From NCBI GenBank assembly GCA_945910425.1, contig CAMDYM010000001.1, positions 1,398-65,397 of the forward strand: a stretch of DNA of 64,000 nt, in the 5' to 3' direction. Below are positions 36,458-44,738 of this stretch, piece after piece. The notes below the pieces were generated by a model, which searched no databases, was not told where the DNA came from, and was given only the letters and a program-made list of their open reading frames with translations. Every line of letters starts with the position of its first letter. Positions within the stretch are counted from its first letter, which is position 1. The position numbers were made by a program, and so were the translations under genes. Source of the DNA: an uncultured Candidatus Melainabacteria bacterium (GTDB lineage Bacteria > Cyanobacteriota > Vampirovibrionia > Gastranaerophilales > Gastranaerophilaceae).

Positions 36458-37258
36458 TTAATCTTGACATTTAGCGGGAGAATAGCCCCAATTAAGCTTA
36501 TTTTTTAATACCGAATAAAAGTCATTATCCTTTAATAATGCCAAATAAGCCTTGTTTGAAGACTTTTTGACTAAAAGTTCAGAATCCGTAGAAAACGCAA
36601 TCTGCCCATCTGCGGACACTCTGTATTCATTATTTTTACAAGGCAGTATTTTAATTTCATCATCAGAAGAAACAACAATCGGACGCGCCGAAAATGTATG
36701 CGGACAAATCGGAATTATAGTAATAGCTTCAACCTCAGGCGCCAAAACCGGACCTCCTGCCGCCATACCATAAGCTGTTGAACCTGTCGGAGTTGAAATA
36801 ATGATACCGTCTGCCAGATACTCACAAACGAATTTCCCGTTTATTTCCAACGCAAAACGTGAAGTCCTTGAAGATGACGAACCTTTTACGACAAAATCAT
36901 TTAAAGCATTATTTTCACCGCATTCAAGCATCATTCGTTTTTCTATTTTAAAATCACAGTTTAAAACAGAATTTATTGCACAATCCAAATTATCAACTGT
37001 TGCTTGAGATAAAAAACCAAGTCTGCCAAGATTTATACCAAATATCGGGGTCTTAAATTCTGCAAAAAACCTTGCAGCTTTTAATATTGTTCCATCTCCG
37101 CCAATAATAAATGCAAAATCATAACCTGATTTTAAGTTATCAATATCCAAAACCTCAAAATCAACAGAATTTGATACTAAAATTCGTTTTAAATTTTCCA
37201 TAACTTCAATAGAATTTTCTATTTTCGGGTTATAACATATTGAATAGCGTTTTTTCAT
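36458..37258 (-). CDS. nadK: NAD kinase
   Basis: FAFIIGGDGTILKAAR, NLGRLGFL, ADGIIISTPTGSTAY. Confidence 0.9.
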   Translation of the reverse strand: MKKRYSICYNPKIENSIEVMENLKRILVSNSVDFEVLDIDNLKSGYDFAFIIGGDGTILKAARFFAEFKTPIFGINLGRLGFLSQATVDNLDCAINSVLNCDFKIEKRMMLECGENNALNDFVVKGSSSSRTSRFALEINGKFVCEYLADGIIISTPTGSTAYGMAAGGPVLAPEVEAITIIPICPHTFSARPIVVSSDDEIKILPCKNNEYRVSADGQIAFSTDSELLVKKSSNKAYLALLKDNDFYSVLKNKLNWGYSPAKCQD

Positions 37259-37304
37259 ACGTTTAGTTTATACCAAACAAATAAAAATATGCAATAATAA
37301 GGTA

Positions 37305-37583
37305 ATGGATGAAAAACATTTTGTATACATACTTTTAACAAAGAATAACACACTGTATTGCGGGTATACAGATGATGTCGAGAAACGTTTTCAGGCACAT
37401 TTAGAAGGGAAAGGCGCTAAATATACAAGAGCAAATAAGCCCGTTAAAATCGTTTATACAAAAGAATTTAATAACAAATCTGATGCTCTAAAAGAGGAAT
37501 ATCGGATTAAACACAAATTATCACGGGAAGAAAAACTTAAGCTTATTCAGACTGAGCCTGAGGTTCTGAAGACTCAGAGGTAG
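37305..37583 (+). CDS. GIY-YIG nuclease family protein (UPF0213-like)
   Basis: FVYILLTKNNTLYCGYTDDVEKRFQAHLEGKGAKYT...EEYRIKHKLSREEK. 92 aa. Confidence 0.8.
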   Translation: MDEKHFVYILLTKNNTLYCGYTDDVEKRFQAHLEGKGAKYTRANKPVKIVYTKEFNNKSDALKEEYRIKHKLSREEKLKLIQTEPEVLKTQR

Positions 37584-38952
37584 AGGTTTCACCTGATTTT
37601 CCATATAATTCATCAATTTTTGCATCTAACTTTTCAATTTCTTTTTTCTTTTTCTCAATCTTTAATTTATTTTTTTCAATATCTTTATTATATTGGTCAA
37701 TCAGATATTGTTTATAAGCTTCCTGCAAGGCTTCATCTTCTGTAGTTCCTGCAAGTGAGCGAAGCTTTTTATAATCTCTGTATTCTTCCTTGTAATTATC
37801 AGATAAATTACGAACCGCAAACTTATAATCATCTTTAATCTCGTCAATTACACGTTGCCGCTCTTCTTTTCTTTGTTTCAGAACATATTTAGATTCTTTT
37901 TTAAGTATTTCTTCCTGTCTTATAACATCCTGATACTGCTCAATACCGTCTTGAACAACTTTATATCCGTTAACACTTACCTGTTTATCAACATTTTTAT
38001 CAAAAGACATTATTCTTGACTGAGTTCCCTGCCAATCAACACTCCAAGTACCTAAAAACACAGGTTTTTCACCGGTAAAGGCAAATCCTTGAACAATAAT
38101 TCGTTCAGAATCCTCTTTGTCAAAACCGATAGGATAAATATCCCAGCGCTTATCTTCAAGACGCAGATTCATATATTCTTCCCAAAAGTAAACAATAGCG
38201 TCACGAACTTCTACCAAATCATAACTTACTTTATTCTGGAAATCATAAACATAAATTCGAGTCTGCCAGATACCGTCTTCACGACTTCCTATTTTTTGTT
38301 TTATAAGAAGCTTTGAACCGTCAGGATTAAAATCTACAGGGGTCAAAGTTCTAAATGCCGCATAATTATCTATCGCCTTGTCTGTTGATAAAATCGGCTC
38401 AGGAATACGTTTTGCAACATTTGCGGTTAATATTTTATTAAGATTTGTCCCTTCTTTACTTAGCGGAATTACAAACATATCCGCGGCGACTGAGGCACTA
38501 TCCGTATAATAATATATTGCAGGGTAAACAAGCATTGAATAATCAGGAGAAATGATACCCTGAGCATTAATCTGACGATTAACGTACAAACGTTTTCCTA
38601 AAGATAATTCAACGCTTCCCGGAGGATCATTATATTTGACAATCCTATATAACGGTTTTGGTACATATTTAAAATCAGAAGGAGTCCCAACTTTAGGAAC
38701 TGCAATTTCTGTTGTAGACTTATCTTTATACTCAGACAGCGCTTCATACTCATCAACTGTCATATATCCTGAAGGATTAAGTTCTAAAAGACGCTTATTC
38801 ATTCTGTCTTTTTCATCATCTTTTAAAACTTCATACTGATATTTTAATTCTCTTGAGCGCGTATCTTTTACAAACGGATTATTAATCTCAAAAGCACAAG
38901 CCTTTGATGCAATAAAAAGAGTAATTATTAATACAGCCGCGCGCAGCTTCAT
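37543..38952 (-). CDS. Secreted protein with beta-rich core and Lys/Glu-rich C-terminal coiled coil, function unknown
   Basis: Signal peptide MKLRAAVLIITLFIASKACA|FE. 469 aa. Its ATG overlaps the stop of the upstream response regulator (ATGA-type coupling). Confidence 0.5.
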   Translation of the reverse strand: MKLRAAVLIITLFIASKACAFEINNPFVKDTRSRELKYQYEVLKDDEKDRMNKRLLELNPSGYMTVDEYEALSEYKDKSTTEIAVPKVGTPSDFKYVPKPLYRIVKYNDPPGSVELSLGKRLYVNRQINAQGIISPDYSMLVYPAIYYYTDSASVAADMFVIPLSKEGTNLNKILTANVAKRIPEPILSTDKAIDNYAAFRTLTPVDFNPDGSKLLIKQKIGSREDGIWQTRIYVYDFQNKVSYDLVEVRDAIVYFWEEYMNLRLEDKRWDIYPIGFDKEDSERIIVQGFAFTGEKPVFLGTWSVDWQGTQSRIMSFDKNVDKQVSVNGYKVVQDGIEQYQDVIRQEEILKKESKYVLKQRKEERQRVIDEIKDDYKFAVRNLSDNYKEEYRDYKKLRSLAGTTEDEALQEAYKQYLIDQYNKDIEKNKLKIEKKKKEIEKLDAKIDELYGKSGETSTSESSEPQAQSE

Positions 38953-39623
38953 ACCAAGCCGTCTTTCATGGCTGTTGCAACGGCTTTTGAACGAGTTTTT
39001 ACGTAAAGTTTTTGCAAAATATTATGAACATGGGTTTTTGTTGTCGCAATTGTAATAACCAATTTCTTAGAAATTTGAGGATTTTTCAAACCTTCAACCA
39101 AAAGCGCCAGAACTTCCATTTCTCGTTCGGTTAATCCATAAAGATTTTTACCTTTTTGATAGTTAATTCCTCCTGATTTAGATTCTGATTGGCTGTTTTT
39201 CCTGATATTTGACAACACAACTCTTGCAATTGCAGGGTCAAGCCAGCCTACACCTTCACTTACTGCTTTAATTGCGGAAATTGTCTGCTCAGAGGTCGCA
39301 CCTTTTGTAATATAACCGTCAGCTCCTGCGGCAAAAGAGTCTAATATGTCATTCTCATTATCGCGTGAAGTATTCATCAAAACTTTTATTTCAGGTTTTG
39401 AATTTTTAATTTTGCGTGTAGCCTCAATACCGTCAATAGTAGGAAGCCCAATATCCATAATAACCAAATCCGGGTTAAGTTCAAGCGCTTGTTCAACACC
39501 TTCCATTCCATCGGCAGATGTACCCAAAACCTCTATTGATTCGTTATTAGACAATGCAAACGATAACCCCATTCTTGTCATATCATGATCTTCAATTATT
39601 GTTACTTTGATATTTTTCGACAT
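38949..39623 (-). CDS. NarL/LuxR-family response regulator
   Basis: Receiver domain IKVTIIEDHDMTRMGL...DLVIMDIGLP...KVLMNTS. C-terminal LuxR HTH LTEREMEVLALLVEGLKNPQISKKLVITIATTKTHVHNILQKL. Start at ATG 39623 with an AAAGGTG RBS. Confidence 0.85.
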   Translation of the reverse strand: MSKNIKVTIIEDHDMTRMGLSFALSNNESIEVLGTSADGMEGVEQALELNPDLVIMDIGLPTIDGIEATRKIKNSKPEIKVLMNTSRDNENDILDSFAAGADGYITKGATSEQTISAIKAVSEGVGWLDPAIARVVLSNIRKNSQSESKSGGINYQKGKNLYGLTEREMEVLALLVEGLKNPQISKKLVITIATTKTHVHNILQKLYVKTRSKAVATAMKDGLV

Positions 39624-39633
39624 ATTTTCACCT

Positions 39634-41214
39634 TTAAACTCTTGATTTTGCAACGACATTAGTTAACAGAAACGAAAACTCGCTGCCTTTATTAACTTTA
39701 CTTTCTACCCAAATTTTACCGCCGTGCGCTTCTATAATCTGACGCGATAAATATAAGCCCAAACCTGTTCCTGTTGAGCGTTTTTTACTTGTCCCTTGCG
39801 AAAATCTCATAAACAGATGCGGAATATCTTCTTTCGGGATACCGTTACCGTTATCGGTTACAGAAAATATTAAATCTCCGCACTGGGCTTTAACGTAAAC
39901 ATCAATTGTTCCGCCTTTATTAGTATAATTCAAAGCATTTCCGCAAAGATTTGTAATAACTCGTTTTATCTCTGCTCTATCAGCATCAATTAACAATTCA
40001 TCATCGACTTCACAGTGAAGATTAAATTCAATATTTTTCTTTTTGGAAATCGGCTCTAACTCGTTATAACACTGAGTTACCAAGTCTTTAATATTAAACA
40101 CGGTCTTGCAAAGCGAAAGTTTTCCGCTTTCAAACCTGTAAACTTCAAGTAACGCATTAACTAAACCCAACAAATCTTCGTTACTTTGAAGCATTGTAGA
40201 TAATAAAACTTTTTGCTGGTCTTTTAATTCACCCAAAGAACCGTCAAGGAAGAATTTTAAAGTCTGAATTGCTGCAAGTAAAGGTGTGCGCAAATCATGC
40301 GTCAATGTGGCAATAAAATCATCTCTCAAACGTTCTGTTTCTTTTTGAACACTGAAATTACGGATAACCCCGACGAATTTTTCTTCATCCGAATATTCAT
40401 TTGTCAAAGATGCAAAATTAATCTCTACAGGTATAGATTCACCATTTATAGCATTTCTAATGTACAAATCTCTGAGTAAAAACTCTGAATTATCACAAGA
40501 TAACCCTAAAATAGTATTCTTAACGGAAGACTTTGAAACATGATTATATTCAGGGTTATCGGTATAAGCTACTTCTTGTATTTTCATCTTGCAAATAGCA
40601 TCTGACGGAAGTCCCATCATGTTTTCACAAGCCGGGTTAACCTGTTCGATATTACCCTTAGCATCAATTATAATAATACCGTCAGCGCAATAATTAATTA
40701 TTCCGAACAGCTTTAAATTAGCAAGCGATAATTCTTTAGTACGTTCTGCAACAAGAGTTTCCAGATTCTCTGAATAAACGGTTAACTGAGCTTTTGCTTC
40801 TTCTAACTCGGTGATTTTTTCTCTTAACGAAGCTAAAAGATGACTTCTTTCAATACCGTTTTTGATATTCATAATCAAATCATTATTATCCCAGGGTTTT
40901 TCTATATACTTATAAACCCCGATTTCATTAATAGTCTTAATCGCGTTTTCTTTATCAGCGTAAGCCGTTAACAAAATCATACTGGTTTCAGGGTAAAGTT
41001 TTTTAGCCTCACGCAAAAACTCCAGACCATTCATTTCAGGCATCAAAAAATCTGAAATAATTAAGTCAGGAGCTTCTGTTTTAAGGTATTCGACAGCTTC
41101 TAAAGGGTTGTTGTAAATAACCACATCTTCAAAGCCTTCAACTTTCATCAAGGTAGAAAAAGTCGAAGTCAATAACTTATCATCATCAACGTATAATATT
41201 TTCCCTAAATTCAT
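39634..41214 (-). CDS. Hybrid sensor histidine kinase (N-terminal receiver - PAS - HisKA - HATPase)
   Basis: KILYVDDD...DLIISDFLMPEMNG is the receiver. A coiled coil and a PAS-like segment follow. H-box FIATLTHDLRTPL, N/G boxes NLCGNALNYT and DNGNGIP, GTGLGLYLS. Start at ATG 41214. Confidence 0.85.
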   Translation of the reverse strand: MNLGKILYVDDDKLLTSTFSTLMKVEGFEDVVIYNNPLEAVEYLKTEAPDLIISDFLMPEMNGLEFLREAKKLYPETSMILLTAYADKENAIKTINEIGVYKYIEKPWDNNDLIMNIKNGIERSHLLASLREKITELEEAKAQLTVYSENLETLVAERTKELSLANLKLFGIINYCADGIIIIDAKGNIEQVNPACENMMGLPSDAICKMKIQEVAYTDNPEYNHVSKSSVKNTILGLSCDNSEFLLRDLYIRNAINGESIPVEINFASLTNEYSDEEKFVGVIRNFSVQKETERLRDDFIATLTHDLRTPLLAAIQTLKFFLDGSLGELKDQQKVLLSTMLQSNEDLLGLVNALLEVYRFESGKLSLCKTVFNIKDLVTQCYNELEPISKKKNIEFNLHCEVDDELLIDADRAEIKRVITNLCGNALNYTNKGGTIDVYVKAQCGDLIFSVTDNGNGIPKEDIPHLFMRFSQGTSKKRSTGTGLGLYLSRQIIEAHGGKIWVESKVNKGSEFSFLLTNVVAKSRV

Positions 41215-41281
41215 ACTTATATGATAAATTATTTTTATAAAAGAAACAAATTGTTTACAAAACCGCAATATTTCTTATATT

Positions 41282-41788
41282 TTAATATTCTAAAGGCGAA
41301 TATTCCCTAGAGGCTAATTCTCTGTCAATTAAATACAATGCGGATTTTTCGGCACCAAAAGCTTTCAATTTGGCAATAATTCTTGATACTGTGGCTTCTT
41401 CTTGAATTTGTTCTTTCAAATACCAATCAATAAAGTTTCTGGTAGATAAATCACATTCGCCTTCCGACATGTTTGCAACGCAGTCTATCGCAGAAGTTAT
41501 TGAGCGTTCATGTTTATAAATCTGTTCAAAAACTTCTAGAGGAGTGTTCATATCAAAGTTTGGCGCAGACAATTGTCCTAAATGAATTTGAGAATTTCTG
41601 CCTAAAACATACTCAAACAAAATCATTCCATGGTCAATTTCTTCTTTAGACTGTACTTTAGCCCAGTTAGAAAAGCCGTATAAACCAATTTCAGAAAAAT
41701 AAGCAGACATTGACAAATATAAATACGCAGAATAAAATTCCTTGTTAATCTGTTCATTAAGTATATCTCTGATTTTATCACTAATCAT
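41282..41788 (-). CDS. Ferritin (bacterial non-haem type)
   Basis: LNEQINKEFYSAYLYLSMSAYF, EEIDHGM, EHERSIT and QIQEE ferroxidase ligand pattern. Start at ATG 41788 with an AAAGGAGGAA RBS. Confidence 0.85.
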   Translation of the reverse strand: MISDKIRDILNEQINKEFYSAYLYLSMSAYFSEIGLYGFSNWAKVQSKEEIDHGMILFEYVLGRNSQIHLGQLSAPNFDMNTPLEVFEQIYKHERSITSAIDCVANMSEGECDLSTRNFIDWYLKEQIQEEATVSRIIAKLKAFGAEKSALYLIDRELASREYSPLEY

Positions 41789-41811
41789 TATTCCTCCTTT
41801 TAAATTTATCA

Positions 41812-42207
41812 CTAGTCCTGTTCAACTTCCCATAAGCCATGGATGTTGCAGAAAGCGCGGGCTTTTTCTAAACCTAACTTATCTTTGATAAGCATTATCG
41901 GCTCATCTGAAGGATAAAAATATTCTAATTCAACGCGTTTTTTACCTTTTGCAATAGTTTCAACAAACTGAATGTAATGTTCATTTGTCATAGGGTGTAA
42001 CTGAGCTCCCACTCGAACTTCTTCACCTTTATCATCAGTTGAAGAAAATACAGGCACATGTTTTTCACCGTACTCGGAATCCTGTGTTCTTGCTTCTAAA
42101 AACTCCATCGGCTCTCCACAGCAAACAAGTTCACCGACACCATCTATAATAACTTCTACAATATTTCCGCAAACATTACATTTATATAAATCTAATCGTT
42201 CGGTCAT
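41812..42207 (-). CDS. dfx: Desulfoferrodoxin (2Fe superoxide reductase)
   Basis: N-terminal desulforedoxin site YKCNVCGNIVEV...LVCCGEPM. SOR centre EKHVPV...HPMTNEHYIQF...CNIHGLW. Start at ATG 42207 with an AAAGGAGAA RBS. Confidence 0.88.
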   Translation of the reverse strand: MTERLDLYKCNVCGNIVEVIIDGVGELVCCGEPMEFLEARTQDSEYGEKHVPVFSSTDDKGEEVRVGAQLHPMTNEHYIQFVETIAKGKKRVELEYFYPSDEPIMLIKDKLGLEKARAFCNIHGLWEVEQD

Positions 42208-42287
42208 TACAAATTCTCCTTTCACGATAAAGAATAAACCTTGAAAGGATTATTTCATTAGGAAATCGGATGATAGACAGGAGCTAT

Positions 42288-42512
42288 TTATTTTCTTTTT
42301 TCAATATGCAAATCATACCCTAAGATATCGCAAATATTTTTTAAATCTTTAAACGTCAAATATTCGCGTTTTAACTTAGCTGAAAAATTTGCAGGTTTAG
42401 TGTTCTTGCCGGAATAGGCATTAAGCTTATCAGACAAGTCCTTTTGCAGCATATATTCTTTATTCAATAAAAATTTGACTAACTGGTAATCAGTCATATC
42501 ATTTATAATCAT
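42288..42512 (-). CDS. Small putative HTH DNA-binding protein
   Basis: 74 aa. MLQKDLSDKLNAYSG...FKDLKNICDILGYDL is XRE-like in pattern. Located upstream of dfx-ferritin. Confidence 0.4.
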   Translation of the reverse strand: MIINDMTDYQLVKFLLNKEYMLQKDLSDKLNAYSGKNTKPANFSAKLKREYLTFKDLKNICDILGYDLHIEKRK

Positions 42513-42621
42513 TTCAAAATTATAAATTATGTTGACTTTGAATGTAAAATAAGTTATGTTAGATTATATATATATAGATTACGTTATTTTTAAATAGATT
42601 ATTATAAAAAAGGAAATCAGT

Positions 42622-43421
42622 ATGAGAAATTTTGCTTTTTCGTTGGCAGAGGTGTTGATTACTCTTGGCATAATAGGAGTTGTCGCAACACTTACAATAC
42701 CGATATTAAGCGCAAAGCTGGAAGAAAAAAGAACTATCAACAAGCTTAATAATACCTATGCAATTCTTTCTCAGGCATACCGCAGAGGAATCTCAGAAGA
42801 AGGAAGCCCTGAAGGTTGGTGTACGATGGGCGTAAAAGGAGATTGGCGTGATTTTGATGATTGTTCTATAAAAATATATGAAATGTTTACCAAATACTTA
42901 AAAGTCGCAAACCATTGTAATAATGGATATGGTGGTAATGGCGAGGATAACTGTTTTGCCAAAACATATAAAAATCGTAAAGGAGTAGATATAGCAAGAG
43001 CGAATGGCATGCACAGAAGCTTTACACTAATGAACGGAGTATCTGTAATGATTAATGCGGCAGCAGGTGACGGATACCAAAAAAATGGTGCTCGACCAGT
43101 ACTAATATACTAAATCAGGGCAAATCTAATATAGCATATTGGGATTATATCGGAATTTGCGGTACCTTATGGGTTGATTTAAACGGGAAATCACTACCAA
43201 ATACTGACGGCAGAGATTTGTTCGCGTTTAAAATGTACAATGACGGTATTGCACCAATGGGAAGACTTGGAGCACACAGTCAACAAAACTTTGAAGGGAA
43301 TTGCCTTGGAACTGCATTCAAAAATCTTGGAAGTTGTACTTATTGGGTACTTGAGAACAAAAATATGGATTATTTGAGATGCAAAGACTTAAGTTGGAAT
43401 GGCAAACATTCATGTAAATAA
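42622..43421 (+). pseudogene. Pilin-like (prepilin-type N-terminus) gene split into two frames at an A7 tract: frameshifted, phase-variable or recoded
   Basis: MRNFA|FSLAEVLITLGIIGVVATLTIPIL. Frame 1 stops at 43111-43113. The -1 frame is open from 43071 and encodes ...NIAYWDYIGICGTLWVDLNGKSLPNTDGRDLFAFKMYNDGIAPMG, the conserved C-terminal pseudopilin block. The frames overlap across A7 at 43079-43085. Confidence 0.65.
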
Positions 43422-43423
43422 AA

Positions 43424-43682
43424 AAGTCGTGCCACTGTCTATCGAAATTTACAAACCCGCTGTCCTTTAATACTTTCTACTTTAACAGAAACGACACCCG
43501 CAAAATCAATCTTAGTGCTGCTGAGTTTCCCCCCTGACACGGTTCGAAAGTTTACGCCACCGCAACTGTTACTATCAACAATCGTATTAAACTTCAACGT
43601 GCTCATAGACCCCTCACAACAGGCTCTGCACCCCGCGTTAGCTTCGGGTCGAGAGTTCGCAACACCCCGTGGAGCACGACTT
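43424..43682 (-). ncRNA. ffs: Signal recognition particle RNA, long form (about 259 nt, with an Alu-like 5' domain)
   Basis: Minus strand contains the helix-8 signature UGUCAGG-GGG-GAAA-CUC-AGCAGCACUAAG (compare B. subtilis scRNA GUCAGGUCCGGAAGGAAGCAGCAUUAAG). The 5' AAGUCGUGCUCCAC pairs with the 3' GUGGCACGACUU. A GC-rich island in AT-rich DNA, with a 3' U-run. Confidence 0.8.
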
Positions 43683-43688
43683 AAGTTT

Positions 43689-43716
43689 AATATAACATAA
43701 ATATTTTTTATTACAA
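43689..43716 (-). promoter_or_regulatory. Putative sigma-70 promoter of the SRP RNA
   Basis: Minus strand TTGTAA-N16-TATATT, with the -10 ending 7 nt before the first base of the terminal helix. Confidence 0.4.
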
Positions 43717-43722
43717 CTTTTT

Positions 43723-44679
43723 CTATTTTAACTCTTTTTCTGCAATATATCTTGGTCTTGCCTTAACCTCGCGATAAACCTGACCGACGTATTCGCCGAT
43801 TACCCCAAGGCAAAATAACTGCAATCCGCCAAAAAATGACAGCATAATTATCGCCGTTGCATACCCGTTTGGAGAATCATTTAAAAATACTTTTTCAAAT
43901 ATTGTTTCTAATCCGACTAAAATTGAGCCGATAAACATTACAAACCCCAGTACCGCAATAATTCTCAACGGAACAACACTAAATGAGGTTATACCGTTTA
44001 ATGCAAGCGTCATTAACGACATAAAGTTAAATTTGGATTCACCTGCCATACGAGGTTTTACATTAAACTTAACAATCTTAGTTTTTAACCCTACTTCGTG
44101 AAAAAATCCTCGTAAAAACAGAGCTTTTTCCGGATACAATTTCATAATATCAAGCGCTCTTTTACTTACAAGCCTGTAATCTGAATGATTCATAGGAATT
44201 TTTGCACCAAGAAGATTCATAACCTTATAAAATAAAACAGCAGTCGTCTTTTTAAAGAAAGAATCGCCTTTTCTGTCATTACGAACACCTAAAACTACAT
44301 CATTCCCGTCCATAAACGCGTCAACAAAATCTTCAATAGAATTTTCATCCTGTTGTAAATCCGCGTCAATTGATATACAGCAGTCACATCCGATATTATT
44401 AACACCTTCTAAGCCCGCAACTAAGGCTTTTTGGTTTCCATAGTTTCTTACAAACTTCATCGCTTTCACATGCTTATGGTTAAAGGAATGCAATCGCTCA
44501 ATTATTTCCCAAGTTGAATCACCTGACCCGTCATCTACCAAATACAGGTAACTGTCAGATGCTATTTTATTTTTATCAAACAGTATTTGAAGGACCTCTA
44601 AAAGTCTTTTTACAGTCGTTTCAATACATAATTCTTCGTTATAACACGGTATAATTACAGCTAATCTCGGTGTTTGCAT
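43723..44679 (-). CDS. GT2 polyprenyl-phosphate glycosyltransferase (ArnC/GtrB/HpnI-like, two C-terminal TM helices)
   Basis: LAVIIPCYNEE, YLVDDGSGDST, ISIDADLQQD (DxD), then two hydrophobic helices and a basic tail. GAGGG RBS. Confidence 0.8.
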   Translation of the reverse strand: MQTPRLAVIIPCYNEELCIETTVKRLLEVLQILFDKNKIASDSYLYLVDDGSGDSTWEIIERLHSFNHKHVKAMKFVRNYGNQKALVAGLEGVNNIGCDCCISIDADLQQDENSIEDFVDAFMDGNDVVLGVRNDRKGDSFFKKTTAVLFYKVMNLLGAKIPMNHSDYRLVSKRALDIMKLYPEKALFLRGFFHEVGLKTKIVKFNVKPRMAGESKFNFMSLMTLALNGITSFSVVPLRIIAVLGFVMFIGSILVGLETIFEKVFLNDSPNGYATAIIMLSFFGGLQLFCLGVIGEYVGQVYREVKARPRYIAEKELK

Positions 44680-44738
44680 TTAATCCCTCTTTCTTCTATA
44701 ATTATATTATTTTAAAGGAATTATGCAAGGATATGTAA

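Noticed and set aside
43515-43700. 61-aa ORF in a GC-rich island
   Set aside because: It lies entirely within the SRP RNA gene on the opposite strand. The GC richness comes from RNA structure.
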